DNA of 63,458 bases, counting the filler, from Sphacelaria rigidula (lineage: Eukaryota): assembly GCA_964200075.2 (NCBI GenBank). It is 6 parts of 6 records of this genome, joined end to end, with 100 filler letters (N's around TTAATTAATTAA, not from the genome) between each part and the next. Parts side by side here need not be neighbours in the genome. Positions count along the whole stretch, not along the records: positions 21,189 to 31,681 come from CAXNAA020006397.1; positions 31,782 to 42,274 come from CAXNAA020006398.1; 4 more parts are not named here. The stretch is one strand, 5' to 3'. The notes under the pieces are model-generated. The model was not told where the DNA came from, ran no database searches, and was given only the letters and a program-made list of their open reading frames with translations. The translations under genes were made by a program, and so were the position numbers. Shown piece by piece: positions 23,925 through 37,112 of this stretch (positions are counted from its first letter, which is position 1; each line of letters begins with the position of its first letter).

Positions 23925-24022
23925 TCCTTAGACCGCGAGGTCAGTCTAATGTTGAATCGGCATCAATTTCAAGTGGAAAAAAGTATTCATGATCCAGAAA
24001 GACTAATCTCGCGGTCTAAGGG
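23925..24022. mobile_element. piggyBac-type MITE copy, 98 bp
   Basis: TTAA|TCCTTAGACCGCGAGG...CTCGCGGTCTAAGGG|TCAA; similar to 2781-2878 along its length. Confidence 0.88.
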
Positions 24023-25779
24023 TCAAAACCGACGCCATAGGCCCCGATTTGGGGTCTATCAAGGCCGCACTTTGCCAAGAGAGGGCTGTGTATCGCCCTT
24101 GCCCGAGGATTCTCGGCATGCTTGGGGTTGAGGTGAGAGTTAGGCATCGACACAACATGTGGACTAACAACTTACAGCGCGTCGGTCTATTGTGATCCGG
24201 TGGGTTTTGGAACACTGTGGTACTTTTCCATCTCGGGGCTGGTGTCAGGGTCAAGCTAGGCTCTTTCGCCACCATTTTCGCATCATTGATGGTTGGTTCA
24301 AGCAACGCATACAGTACTGGTCATCACGCATAGAGAGCTAGGGACAGAACAGTAATAGCGGAGAGACTTGGGAACCATTTCCGGGGAGGAGGGGGCGTGG
24401 TCGTTGTGGCGTCCGTGAGCGGCAAATGAGCGCGAAAAGAGCCGAAGGTGTGGGCGCCATGGTTGGAGTTGGCGCGTAGACGCCCTTGCGCGCGATGTGC
24501 CGCATCAGGTACAGTTTAGAGAGCGATGGCCTAGCACAGGTACGTTGTCGGCCGACCGGTGGCCCAGATAAGGTACGATTGAAGAATAATTCCTAGATCA
24601 GGTATACCTGGGCGGAATTTGGCCTACAAAAGGTGAGCGGTTTCTGAAGGCGAGACGTCCGTTTTCTCGTGGCCATATCTCTCGAGTAACATGTTTTTTT
24701 CCCGTTTGTTTTCGAGGCCCGGGTGCCAATGCCCCGCCCCGAATGATGTGCGTGAAACATTCGGAGCGAAAACGGTCAAAATGGCGTGTTTGGCTGTTTT
24801 CGCGTTTGTGGCCATTTTTCGTACCTTTCTTGGGCAAAACACGAGAAGGTATATACTTTTTCTAGGCCACTGCTCTTTATTTAATTTGCCACACTTTGAA
24901 TCCCACCCCTTCCGCGGTATGAGTCCGTCGATTCAAGGAATCAGCCCATCTCTCCCCGGGACACGGCTTGCGTTTCGGCCTCGCGGAGTGTGTCAGCACT
25001 CCCACACCGCAACGCCCTTCAAATATTCTCAGTCAAGTGCTTTTGTTTACTCACTTACTCACGCCTTCGACGGTGGGAATGCGATAGTTCGAATATGACA
25101 CAACGTGTCGGACATCGAACTCTCGTTCTCCATACCCTTATGGTGACGGTCTGTCTATTTTGATTTACACTATCGGGGCGCGGCGGCATATGGCGATGTA
25201 TTATTGCCGGTGGAAGATGTATTGGTACCCTTGGACTGTACACGTATCGTCCGCCCAATGTATATTGATACCCTGGGAATTCACGCATATTGGCCCATCG
25301 ATATCTTTTTAGGAGCCGTGTCGGCGAGGACATACTGCACGACCATTATATATCTTGAGGTGGCATGATTGACAACATATTTCCCGGCCAATATATATTT
25401 GTGTCGTGTGGGTGACATCATCTTGCACGGTCAATACACACATATATATATATATATATATTGTGCATATATATATATTGTGCACGGCCAGTCTACATAT
25501 ATATATATATATATATATACATATATATCGGGGCTCGAGTCATCCAGTCCAATATGAAAGCTCTCGTTCAAAGTATGTAAAGAAGTAGCTAGTTTGTGCG
25601 CCTGGAGGAGGTATAAAATCATTCCGGAAAAAAGGAGTCCAGAGTCCTTGAGTCTGCCCTTTAAATTATCCCTGTATTCTAGTTTCGCGGTAAAAGACGG
25701 CAGAAAGCACAGGTAAGTATGCACCTCTGTGATATGTCTATTGCTGTGATATGTCTATTGCTGTGATGCACATACCCTG

Positions 25780-26290
25780 GACAGCACAATTTGTCCCAAT
25801 GCGATACCAACACTTTTTTTTGGAAACAGCGCAAGTTATTATCCTCACCAAACGTGTTGTGTTGAATTATGTTGGGAGATGTCGAAGCGGCAACACGACT
25901 TCCTCGTGTCATGGTGATGAAGTGATGCATGCCAGTATGCATCGGACATGCACTTGACGCGGGAAAAGAACGTTCGAAATGTATTGTTCATCTCGGTAAT
26001 GTATGTATCGAGATGTCAGAATATATCTATCCGAAGCGATACATGATATACTGTTGCGATGGTATGTATTGAACACAAACCGTGCAGAGGTAGTTTTTCA
26101 CCATTTATATTTCGCAGTATATTTGGATAGTTTTTGTACAGCCAGTACGTATTGGACACGCTCGCCAAGGAATATGAAAACATGAAGCATTTTCGGCATC
26201 TGATCATCTTTCCATGGTGCCCGCGAACACAGGATTGCCGACCATTCCAATTCCTGTTCACTTTCCAGTATACAAACTGAAGCAATCATC
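25780..26290 (-). pseudogene. Possible piggyBac transposase N-terminal relic
   Basis: PWKD...FIFLG...LAVQKLSK...KW*...IASDRYILTSRYIHYRDE, then HWDKL, resembles piggyBac W.D..FLG..MG..KLP..YW..MSRDRF..I.R.LHF.D...DKL. Confidence 0.4.
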
Positions 26291-27179
26291 TTTATTGCTC
26301 CACCACATATATTGTGACGGTCGATTCCCTCGTGTTTTGTTCGCCCACAATATATCGGACGCATCGATGGACGACATATCGGGAGGGCATTATATATCGC
26401 CGCTTCGGGTGTTGAGTATATTGAACCATAAACATATGTTGACCTCGTGTGGCAGCCAATATATCGCTCGACGACTACATATTGGCGCTTTACCGCACCA
26501 ATATATTTCTCGGCCAATGTATGTCAAGGTGGCGTATGTCATGATATATTATTTAGTCAGAATACATTTATGCCGCGAACCTTGACATATAGTGTTATAT
26601 TGAACACACAACGCGTCGACATATTAAACGTATTTGGCGGGCAATTAAGATAATGACATTTATTTTTTGTCTGTGACGGTTTCCCTGCAGACAGGTGTCA
26701 TTTTGCTGCATTTCTTCATTTCTCTTTAGGGTACAATTCTTCAGGGACCATTTCGTCCTCTGAAGCTCTGAGAAGCCAGCATTTTTATTCGACTTTAAAG
26801 TACGCTTTCTTGCTGATCTTACATATCAGCCTTTTCGCTTGCATTCCGCTGGACATCATGTTCCCCCCGAAGTGGTGTGTGCTGTTATGTGGTGCTCTTC
26901 CTGTTATGCCTAGTTTATTCGTACGCATAGCTGTCCCTATAGAGGTACAAGGTTAAAACCCTGCGACTCGTTCCACTTTGGCTAGTGATCGTGGCTTTCG
27001 AGTTTGGCCCCCTTCCTTTTTGGCCTCGCGTGTTGAGTGGGCCAATGGGCCTCGCATCCAGTAGTCCGAATGGTCGCATATGACATCGGAACTTAGAGGG
27101 CTAGCAGTAGTCCTGTTTTTTTCTCTTTTTTTTTGTTTTCTTTTTCAGTATTTTTACTTTATTTGTTTTTTTATTTCTT

Positions 27180-27746
27180 TTAAATCGCATCTGCGTGAGT
27201 TGTTCCTGGGTCCGATTTATTTTATGATTTTGTTTTACGCTAGTTTAGGAATATTAGCCTGTGACCACCGAAGGCGTCCGCATAAGATGCCGAGTACAGA
27301 GTTCTGCGCAGATATCGGAACGGTTTTAGATATAACGATAAGAACAACAACAACAACAACATTAACAACAACAACAACAACAACAACATTAGGGTGCATT
27401 GTGGTTCTGCTTGGGTTCGGAGTACATGCGCATTCCGCGCTGTGTTTTGCATGGCGTTATGAAGTTGCGGTGAGATCCGTTTGATGCATTCCCTCGCTGG
27501 ACGTCTCGGTGGACCCTTTGACCGTTGGAGATGTCACCTCTCGACCTCACACAGGCCACATACATTCGTGGAACCGACATCGTTTTCACTTGAAAATCGA
27601 TCGGCAGTCTGCTCAGGTGAATGAAAATGTGAAGACAACAACAATTGGAACTGTACGAAAGGGCAGTGTCCCATCACCTTTCGTTCAACTCTCGGGGCAC
27701 ACCTCGCGCATGTTGTGATTTTGCCTGCGTGTCCCATCGTTACGAC

Positions 27747-27798
<52 letters not shown>

Positions 27799-27962
27799 CT
27801 TCACATGAATAACCGTTCCGATATCTGCGCGGCGCATTCTCACTGGGCATCTGATGCGGACGCTTTCCGTGGTCGCAGGCTAGCTACCTATAATAAGGTA
27901 TGAGGAAATCAAACAAAACCAACAAACAACATGGACCTAGCTTATAACTCACAAAACGCGAT
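27180..27962. mobile_element. Tail-to-tail pair of non-LTR retroposon 3' ends with (CAA)n tails (27180-27388 +, 27748-27962 -); third copy at 31598-31681 (-)
   Basis: Shared GCCTG.GACCAC.GAA.GCGTCCGCAT.AGATGCC.AGT...GCGCAGATATCGGAACGGTT followed by (AAC)n. Confidence 0.8.
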
Positions 27963-28614
27963 ACAAGCGAAACGGGGATACGGAATAAAGAAGAAAGATT
28001 ATACATGTGGCTAACCTCAGAAGATCCGGTGCCACCGGTGGATCCGGTGGCCATTCAGACTTCAGGGGGTGGCACCCGGTTTTTCAAGTCGATGCGCGAG
28101 GCCAAGTAGAAATGAACAAAGGTTCCGACTACGGGCGAGACTCAAGGCCCGAAATACTACCTACCAAAGGTCTAAAAATCGCAAGGTTCCATCTTTCGAA
28201 CTCTCGAGGGACAGCCATACGTACAAGCATACCAGGTGTATCAAGAAAAACACTGCATGGCATAACGACACCCCTCATCGGGGGGTTCACCCCCCACCCC
28301 CCCCTACTCTTGACCGTCGCCATTGCTGTGTTATGTGGGCTTCGTTGGTCTCCCATCTAATCGCACGGAGTCGGCTGGCCTCCTCTTCATTTCTGTCCCA
28401 TGAGGTCATGAACCTCTCTGCTCCCTGCAGGACTCCCGCATGCCACGGCACCCCTCCCTCCTTATTCGTTGCTGACTGTATCCTCTTTTGCTGTCGCTGG
28501 ACTGCTGCTTTGGCTGCTGTAGCTGCCGCTGCTCTACCGTACATGAGAATTTTCAAATAATGAGGCGTCTCATGCAAGTGCTTCTTTTCTTCAGATATAA
28601 GTCAGCAGCCGGTC

Positions 28615-28845
28615 GCCCCGGTGGCTCAGTTTCTAAGCTCGACACCCTCCGACGGTTGGGTCGTGAGGTCGAATCTCGGTGCAGTCACACGATCCGGAAT
28701 TTTATCTCAACACCATGCCCAGCAGTAGAGAGCGACTTCTCGGTCAACAAGTGAAAGGGACCGCTGAACCCATTTCGCTCTAAAAAATAAGGCAAGTACC
28801 GCAGAAGAGAAGTGAAGAACTAAAACAAGAAAAAATAATGAAAAC
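28615..28845 (+). mobile_element. tRNA-derived SINE
   Basis: A-box TGGCTCAGT (28622), B-box-like GAGGTCGAATC (28665), a body and an A-rich tail. Confidence 0.55.
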
Positions 28846-29104
28846 TCCTTTGTTGCTCTCTCTCCTGTGTGACACGTAACGCCCACAACTATCGCTGGCT
28901 CGCGCGGGTCTCACACACTGACCATCGGTGTTCATTGAATTCTGAACGGATGAGTACAAGTTCACGCACAGCTCAGCTCATGATCAGCTCCGGATCAAGC
29001 TGTGTTTTTTGTTGGCGGGGGCAATGAGGTCCCCGCGTTCCATCAAGCTGTGTGTTTTCGGTTTGCGGTGCAATAGACTCCCCGTGTTCATCTCTGACGG
29101 TGTG

Positions 29105-29138
<34 letters not shown>

Positions 29139-29539
29139 TGTGTGTGTGTGTGTGTGTGTTTGTCATGTGTCGAGCCTTTGCATGAGCCTTTGGTAACTGG
29201 ACACCTATGTTCCCCTTCGGGCTAGAAACGAGGCAAAAGTGTCCATTTTTGGAATCTGCGTCACTGTCACTCGAAACGATCATGGGCATCGTGTTGAGTT
29301 GAGAATCATCAAAACGTATGAAACAGCAGCGTGCTATCTTTCTCCACTGCACGCTCGGGGCGCGGGGTTGGCAGGGCTCGAGCGCATGATGATGTTGCAT
29401 GCATACCTCATCGTCTTGACTTCAAGTCCTTTTTTTTTTTTTTTTCTCCCCGACTACCGCTGTAGCTGCTACTGCTTCTCACCTTACACGAGATTGTTTC
29501 CCCATGGAGCACCGAAAATAACGTCATTTAGTATTTCAA

Positions 29540-29637
29540 CCCCTCAACCGCCACGGTAGGTCATCTGGGCCACGCAGTAATTTTTCAAGTGCAACTGATG
29601 CCGATTCAACAGATAACTTACCATGGCGGTCGAACGG
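29540..29637. mobile_element. piggyBac-type MITE, divergent subfamily, with a partial copy at ~29660-29730
   Basis: TCAA flanks; TIR ACCGCCACGGTAGGTCATCTG / CAGATAACTTACCATGGCGGT; shared internal GATGCCGATTCAACAG. Confidence 0.65.
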
Positions 29638-30828
29638 TCAAGTACGAGTTGCCACCATTCCTGTATTGAATCGGCACCATTTTCACTTGAAATAGAAGTG
29701 AGTGACTCAGATGACTACCCTCGCGGTCTGTGGCGGTGATGATGCCGAGCCTAGAAAGGAGACGGTGAAAAGGCCTGCGGAATTTGGTGTTTCTCCAGCT
29801 CAGCTGGTGAGCAGCTACGGTTCGAGCTGTGTTTTTTTGGTTTGCCGGGGGGGCAACTGATTCCTCAGATCCACCTTGGATTGTGATGGGTTGTGTTGAG
29901 CCTTCGTGCATGCTCCCGTCATCCATCTTCGTCTTCGGGCTGAAAAGTAAAACAAATGATTCATTTGTGGAATGGGCATCGCTCTTGCATGAAAATCGAA
30001 TCGGCAACATACTCGTATGTATATCGCAAAATCAGAATTTTCTGATAACTTTGGGCTATCGGAAAATGTCATGATAAGAAATTCTATCAGAGAACGCTTT
30101 TTCTTATCACATATTAAGTGGGTTTTTGGTCATTCAAAGGTTTTTTTATACATGAGGAGTAGCTTAAGTTGCGTGATTACCCATACAACAGCTGTGCAAA
30201 TTTTCAGGGTCTAACCCCTCAAAACGGCGTGAGGTTTTTGCTCTAGTGCAATAAACCTCAGAGTACCCCCGTGAAACCGCAAACTACTTGGTGTTGTCCC
30301 AAAACGGCGTTTTCGGGCCTTCTTTGACGTAAGGATGAATAATCAAGTTCATCAACTGATGGAGTTTTGCGACGAAATTTTGTGGGGCCCTTCTATGGGT
30401 TATGCGGCGACAAAACGTGCGCGAAAAATTAAATACAAATATCGTAGTGCCGGTTTTCCGGGGTCGCAGAATAGAGACTAGTTCGAAAAACGATTTGGAT
30501 CCCATCGGACCCCCGAAAAACGGTGAAAATTCGAGGAGTAAAAAACGTCCGTCCACAGAAAGTTGCGTAATGATATATGGTATATCTGTGCAATTTTTCA
30601 GGATCTAACTCCTCGTACCGGCGTGAAGATTTGCGCGTTTGTGGAGGACGTGGGCTTGAAACGTGCAACTCCTACCCACTCGATTCTAGTGCGAAAGCAT
30701 TTTTATGGGCGAGTTTCACTTCAAGGCAAAAAAAAGTATGCGATTTCCGCGTTTATCCACCAGCCTTTGTACATGTACTTCTTGGACTATCCCGGGAGGA
30801 ATATATATATATTTTCTTCTTTGAGGCA

Positions 30829-30884
30829 TTCTCTACCGGCCTCCGGGGGTCCTCGTACTGTGACCCCCGGAAGCCGGTAGAGAA
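30829..30884. repeat. GC-rich hairpin (23-bp arms, 10-nt loop)
   Basis: TTCTCTACCGGCCTCCGGGGGTC / GACCCCCGGAAGCCGGTAGAGAA, one mismatch. Confidence 0.85.
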
Positions 30885-31681
30885 CGGAGAAATAATAAAT
30901 ATTTTCCAAGAATACATTTTTTTCATTTGGAGCATCAGTAACTATGAAACGGCCAAGCTGGAGAGTGATATGAGCTTTTTCACAACAGATGTAGGGGACG
31001 TCGTCACGAGGCTTCCTGGGTCTTTCGTGCGTGTCATTAGTGGAAATTAGACGACGCCAACACCTGACATCACCGAAACATCACGGTTTCGGGTATAGGT
31101 CGACCCCCGTAGTAGTCGTTTTAAAACATGCTTTTCCGTTAGATTCCCGAGCCGATGACGGTTGAAATGATATGAAGCATGTGGAGATTGGGTGAAAATT
31201 GGACTTGGAATTCGTAATTTCGATCTCGCATCAAACTGACGGGCGCTGATTGGTCGATATACCTTTTCGCCCTTGGCGCTACCTTTATGGCCTTACACAC
31301 AAACCCGGCGTTGTCACGCTCTTCAGCTGTCCATGGCGGTCAGCATGATATCACGTATGAAACTATTGGAAAGGTATTGCGAAAGACATCTGATGACACA
31401 TTATTCGGTGATGAGCGTGAACCAGCCAGCCTGTTTGGTGATCGAGAAAATCGTACTATATATAATAATAATATATCTTTTTTTCATTTAATTTGTTATA
31501 AACTCAGATCCCGATGAGATGGAAAAAATTCACTCATCAAGTTGTAGCTGTCGTCTTGGCGCAGTTGATGTAAGGAATCGCATCCCAATCGATGGCCTTG
31601 TTGTCGCTGTTTCTGTTGTTGTTGTTGTCTTCACATTAAAAACCGTTCCGATATCTGCGCGGTACATTGGTACTGGGCATC

Positions 31682-31781
31682 NNNNNNNNNNNNNNNNNNN
31701 NNNNNNNNNNNNNNNNNNNNNNNNNTTAATTAATTAANNNNNNNNNNNNNNNNNNNNNNNNNNNNNNNNNNNNNNNNNNNN
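31682..31781. other. Artificial contig-joining spacer
   Basis: Same 100-bp structure. Confidence 0.99.
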
Positions 31782-32657
31782 CACCGCGAAGCAGCCTATT
31801 GCGGTCACTCACGGGGATCTGGTCGTAGGTGGGCCGGGATTTGAGCAAAGGTGGCTGAGGGCCAGACGCGACACGGGTCGAGAGGGGTTGGAGGACGAGG
31901 TAGCCCCCGATGATGACCATGACGACTGTGAAGCTGGAAGTGATGGCGATGGTGATGATGGTGGTGATTGCAATAGCAACTAGTGATGTCGCTGGAGTCT
32001 CGAGTTGCAGTGGCGCAGTTGGAGAATGAAAGCAATAGGTTCACATACAGGTCGGGATGCGGGCGCGAACGTACAGGTCAGGGCGGGGTCGAGATGCTGT
32101 CATGTAGCATGATGGGGTGTTGCGATGGTGTGTATGGCGGGACCCTACGAAGCGATCTTGGGGTGGATGCCAACGATTTCTCTTTCGACTGAGACATTGC
32201 CGCATTATTCCAATATATGATCGAACCGGATCGGAAAGCTCGACGGGTATTTGCAGAAGGGTTGAGCCATGCAATAAATCATTCACGTTGTGCATCGGCC
32301 GTCAATTCTCCAGGACAGTGGACGCCCAATCATGCGCTCGGCACATCACTGCGTTGGCAGTGATATTCCCCCACCACGTCACTGACGAGCAACTTGACGC
32401 CCGAGATTTTCGTCCGGACACGAGCCTCGAGATAAAAAAAGTGAAAACATCGTCGACAATCAAATAGACGTTGATATGCTCCGTCGCCCGCAGCTGACGA
32501 GGGATGGGCGGCATGTGAAACAACAGACGCACTTCCTACTCCTCCCTAAAATCGCGCATCAGCAATGTCATGGGGTACTCCTGAGGGCTTTTTGTCATCC
32601 AACGGCTAGGGTCTTCGAACCTCACCTCATTGATCAACCTCATTCAATAGACCCCCT

Positions 32658-35600
32658 TGTTATCAATAGAACAGCGGAGCGACGTGGTGCTGGAATTCGA
32701 AGGGAGCGACGGTACATCAAAAGTCAAGCTGTTCCGGAGAACGGAGCGCGCGATGCAATGGACAACGAGGCCAGCAGTGACGAATCTACGGGCTTTGTCC
32801 CCGCACGTGAGTCAATCCAAATAAACGATACAAGTGGAAATGTGTCAGGGGTTCACGTCCCAAAATATTCAGGGGAGAGCGCTGATTATGCTTGGTACAT
32901 GAACTGGTCAACTTCGCAAGGGGCGAAGGAATTGGCTGGATGTTCACCATGGCCGGCAATAGTTTTTACGATGTAGATGTCGGTAATCCTAAAATAGAAA
33001 TGGGGTGTCTAGAGAGTAGACATGGGAAGGACACAGTGGCAGCCAACGTGAGGGCCAGACGAATGCTTGTAGCTAGTTTAGAAAGAAGGAGGGGGCAAGA
33101 TATTTTGCTTAGCATCCACTCACCTGCTGCGGTTTGGAGAAAACTCGAGGATGTCTTTCGCCCCAAAACAAATGGGGCGAGAATCGCTTTGTCGGAAAAG
33201 TCTGATAAAGTCAAGATTTGTGTCCGTGATGATCCAGAGCAGAAGCTGCTCGAGAGGGAGGAACTTGCACGTCACCTGAATTCATACGAGGAGCATGAAC
33301 GACTAGACGAAAACCATATTCTCTTCAAATTCCTCGACGCATTGCCCTTTGAGTATTACGTCCAGAAGCAGCTGCTGGAGGATCGAGAGGGACCGCTGAC
33401 ACGGGAGGTTGTGTTGACTTCGACCCGAAAGCGTTTCGAATCGACATCTTTAAAGCAGGAACTTGCCCGGGGAAAGAAGTCATCCCCGGGCGACCAGGAT
33501 CTCCTTGCCGGGGGTGGGACCGGAAAACCGAGCGGTGCACACCGTAAAGGACAACTGGGAAAATCCTAGGGCTCTAGTCAGAAAAACGGCTTGAGCCAGA
33601 GTTCAAGTAGCTCTGGGTCGGCATTGTCGGACGGCAAACCGGCGACTGAGCAGCTGCTCCGCTGCCACGTTTGCGACGAGGACACGACGCATCGAGCCAG
33701 GAACTGCCCGAAGAGATACTGCGGGAGGTGCGGTCAGCAGGGGCACACGTTCTGGGACTGTCCGAGATCGACAGCGAAGAAAGAAGACGCGGTGATGGCG
33801 ACAAGCACGGCCGACGACAGCGACAACTCCTCCGTCTGTTTGGTGGCGGATGGGGAGGCTTTCACCTCTCTTGACAACACCATCAACGGCGACACAGGCG
33901 AGTATGCATTGAGTCTTGAGCGGGGGGGTGATAGTCAGCAGGGTGAGGGCGAATCGTGGGTATTTGACACGGGGGCTACCCAGCATTTCTCCGACGATTC
34001 CCATGAGATGACGGAGTACAGAGAGTGCAAGGGTAGAGTGCTACGGTGCGCCGGAGGTAGTACTTACTCGATCGTAGGCAGAGGAAATTTGTCTCTTGCC
34101 TTCAGATCTGACGGACAGGATGTGATCCTAAAACTAGTGGATGCTGATCATGTACCTGGTGTCCGTCATCACCTCTTGTCACTCACGAGGGTCCAACACA
34201 TGGGACACACCTACACTGGTTTTCGTACAGGTTTCAGGGTAGATCTCAATTCAGGCAATACACTGATGATACCTAGACAACCACGTCAACTCAGAATGTA
34301 CGCCCGCCGCCTCGATCAAAGTGGTAGTGACAAGTGTGCTTCGGCATATGCTGTTATTGCCCCGGGGGCTTCGCCTAGCCCCCAGACCGCTGACACCAAC
34401 GAGTTCCACTGTTCCCACGCTCACGTCCACGAGGATTTACTGAGGAAGACGGCGAAGCAGCAGGAAAAGCAGCTGGCTGGGGAGCTGCAGCCCTGCCGCG
34501 GCTGCTCAGAGGAAAAGCGACCGCGGGCGCCGATTCCAAGATCGATGCACACGAGAGCAGCTAAGTCAGCGTGTAGGGTGTTTGTAGATCTTTCCGGGCC
34601 GAAACCAGACAACCCTAACGGGGGAAAGTCGTACACGATGATAGTCCGAGATGATCACTCACGGCACACAACACTGTATTTCCTCCGGAAGAAGGATAAG
34701 GCAGCGGGATACTTCGCGACATACATCGCATAGGTCTCTCCGAGAAAAATTGAGATAGTCCGTAGCGATGGCGGGGGTGAGTTCTCGGAGGGTGCATTTG
34801 GTGAACTGTGCGACAGGGAAAAGATCAAGCAGGAGAAGACAACTGCCGACTCACCACAGTTTAACGGTGTTGCGGAGCCAGCGTTAGGTATCATCGAAAC
34901 AGCAGGCCTTGCGGCCAGAATCCAAGCGTCTGAGCTGTACCCACATGAGCGCATCCCAAATGGTGACAGCCTGTGGGCTGAACAGGCAAACTGGGCGTGT
35001 CACGCCCTGAACTGTACCGCTACCTCGGCTAACCCGCACCACAAATCACCGCATGAGATGTGGTATGGATCGCCACCGGAAGGTGATCTCATTCCGTTCT
35101 TGAAGCCTGGTTTTTGTAGGAGGAAGCAGACAAATGAATTACAGCCGAAGGCCGAAAAATGCTGGTACTTGAGCCCAGCCGAGGGCTACCCACGTAACGC
35201 GGTGCGAGTTCTGACTGCACGAGGAACTATCTCCGTGACAAGACATGTAACATGGACACGTACATCCGCTGTCCCCCCCCGCGCACTACAGCAAGCGATC
35301 CAGACGCCGAGGGAGCTGAACGATTCCAGCGTCGATCAAGGCCAGGGTGTGGGTGAAGACAGGACGGAAAGCTCGACAGTAGACATTTCGTCCTGCGGTT
35401 CCTCAAGTGCGCCGTTCTCCCCGCCGAGTTCCGTTGGTGGGAGGGGCGGAGCAGCACCGCAGATCCCCGTCAGTAGTGGAGGGGGCGAAGTGCCTTCACC
35501 GTCCCCGCGAGGGGGGGGGGGAGGCGGGGTGAGACCAGAGATCCCCGTTCCAGATTTTGCCAACGGAGGGGGTGAGGTGGAGCCGGAATCATCATCATCA

Positions 35601-37112
35601 TCATCATCAACGCCAACATCAGCACCGACGCCGACACCAGCACAGACGCCGACACCTACGCCGACGCTCACATCGGCATCGGACACTCCCTCGTCGCCCG
35701 CACTGTCACCTTCTTCCACGGGTCCCTCGCAAGATAGCGGGGGGGGCGGCGACGCTCCTCAACTCCCGAGGACCGAGCAACGCCGTCTTCCGTGGGCTGA
35801 CCGGGTACCAACACCAAGGGCGGGGCGTACGAGGAACCAAACGCGCGAGGCGAGGCAATGGGGTCGGCACACGCATGAGGTGCATCGCTGGTGGCTGGCG
35901 GAGCGGAGGAGAGCAAAAAGGAAGCGGAGATGGCGCTGGCGGGAATGGCGGAGGAGAAATTTTCAACCATGGAGATGATCACCGCGGCAGTAGGACAGGT
36001 GGCCGGACAAGACGCAATCGTTTCTGCTCAACCCGAGTCAGCTGAAAACGAGTTTTTTGTTTTGTTGCTGAGGACAACAGGGTAAGGCAGCCTGAACTCG
36101 GTTTGCGTTCACCGGTTGGCCTACATGTCAGCGAAATAGATGTCAGCGAAATAGAGGCAGCACCAACCAGTATGGACGACATTGCCAAGTCAGAATTTCG
36201 AGAGGCATGGTTAGGCGCGATGCAGGCCGAGCTAGGAGGTCACGAAAAGGCTGGAACATTTTCGACTGGCCCTGTACCGGAAGGAGTAAACGTGATTTCA
36301 GCAAAGTGGGTTTTTAGTTGGAAGACTGACGCAGATGGTACTGTAACGAAGGCAAAGGCAAGGGTAGTGGCGCGAGGGTTTAGACAACGTTTTACAGTCG
36401 ACTATTTCGAGACTTCCGCGGCAACGCCCTCCATGCCCTCCATCAAACTGGTCATGGCAGTGGCAGTTCAGGAAGAGTGGCCGCTGCACCATTTTGATGT
36501 GACACAGGCTTTTGTTCAAGCGGAAATGGATACTGAAGTCTACATGAGGTTGCCTGAAAGATGCTCCGTTTTGACAGACGTGGCCGTAAAGCTTGAAAAA
36601 TCTATTTACGGGATCAAGCAAGCGGGTAGGCAGTGGTCTCGTCTTCTGTGCCAAACTTTGCTGGAGGATGTCGGGATGGTGCAGTGTGAGGCTGATCCAT
36701 GTGTTTTCAAGATGGAGGATGCAGGAGACGTGCGTGTGATTTTAGTTGCCCATGTGGACGACATCCTCATCAGTGGTTCTGAGGAATACGTAGGAAAGGT
36801 GGGGCAAATCCTTAACAAAACGTTCCCCACGAACAATCTCGGAGAGGTCACCTGGTACATGGGGTGCGCAGTGGATCGAGACTGGGATAGAGGCACGCTG
36901 TCTGTGACGCAAATCACGTTCACGGACACGCTCCTGAAGCGTTTTGAGGTGAGGGGGTACTCGGAAATCCCTGCCTCTGTTTCTGTAAAGTTGGGGCCGA
37001 CAACGGGCGAAGACAAAAAAAAAGGTGAATCGCCCATACCGTAACGCAGTGGGGGAGGTTGATGTGGCTGGCAACAGTCACCATACCCGACATCGCGAAT
37101 TCGGTACGAGCG
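32658..37112 (+). mobile_element. Ty1/copia LTR retrotransposon, decayed gag-pol, 3'-truncated
   Basis: Domain order is gag (WRKLEDVF...FLDALPFEY), two zinc knuckles (CHVC..HRARNC, CGRCGQQGHTFWDC), protease (WVFDTGATQH), GAG-pre-integrase, integrase (VFVDLSGP, VRSDGGGEF, PQFNGVAE), RT (KWVFSWK, KARVVARGF, DVTQAF, SIYGIKQAGRQW, HVDDILI), then PDIANSVR. In-frame stops occur at 33567 and 34731, with frameshifts near 32950, 35890 and 37020. No LTR pair was seen. Confidence 0.96.

Larger units (their letters stand above)
22944..24875. mobile_element. Foldback element with ~730-bp inverted arms (22944-23678 and 24146-24875)
   Basis: The arms are clear reverse complements (mirrored ORFs MPKKGTKNG... 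on both strands). Termini are GAGCA...TGCTC. The spacer holds two piggyBac MITEs. No TSD was recognised. Confidence 0.9.
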
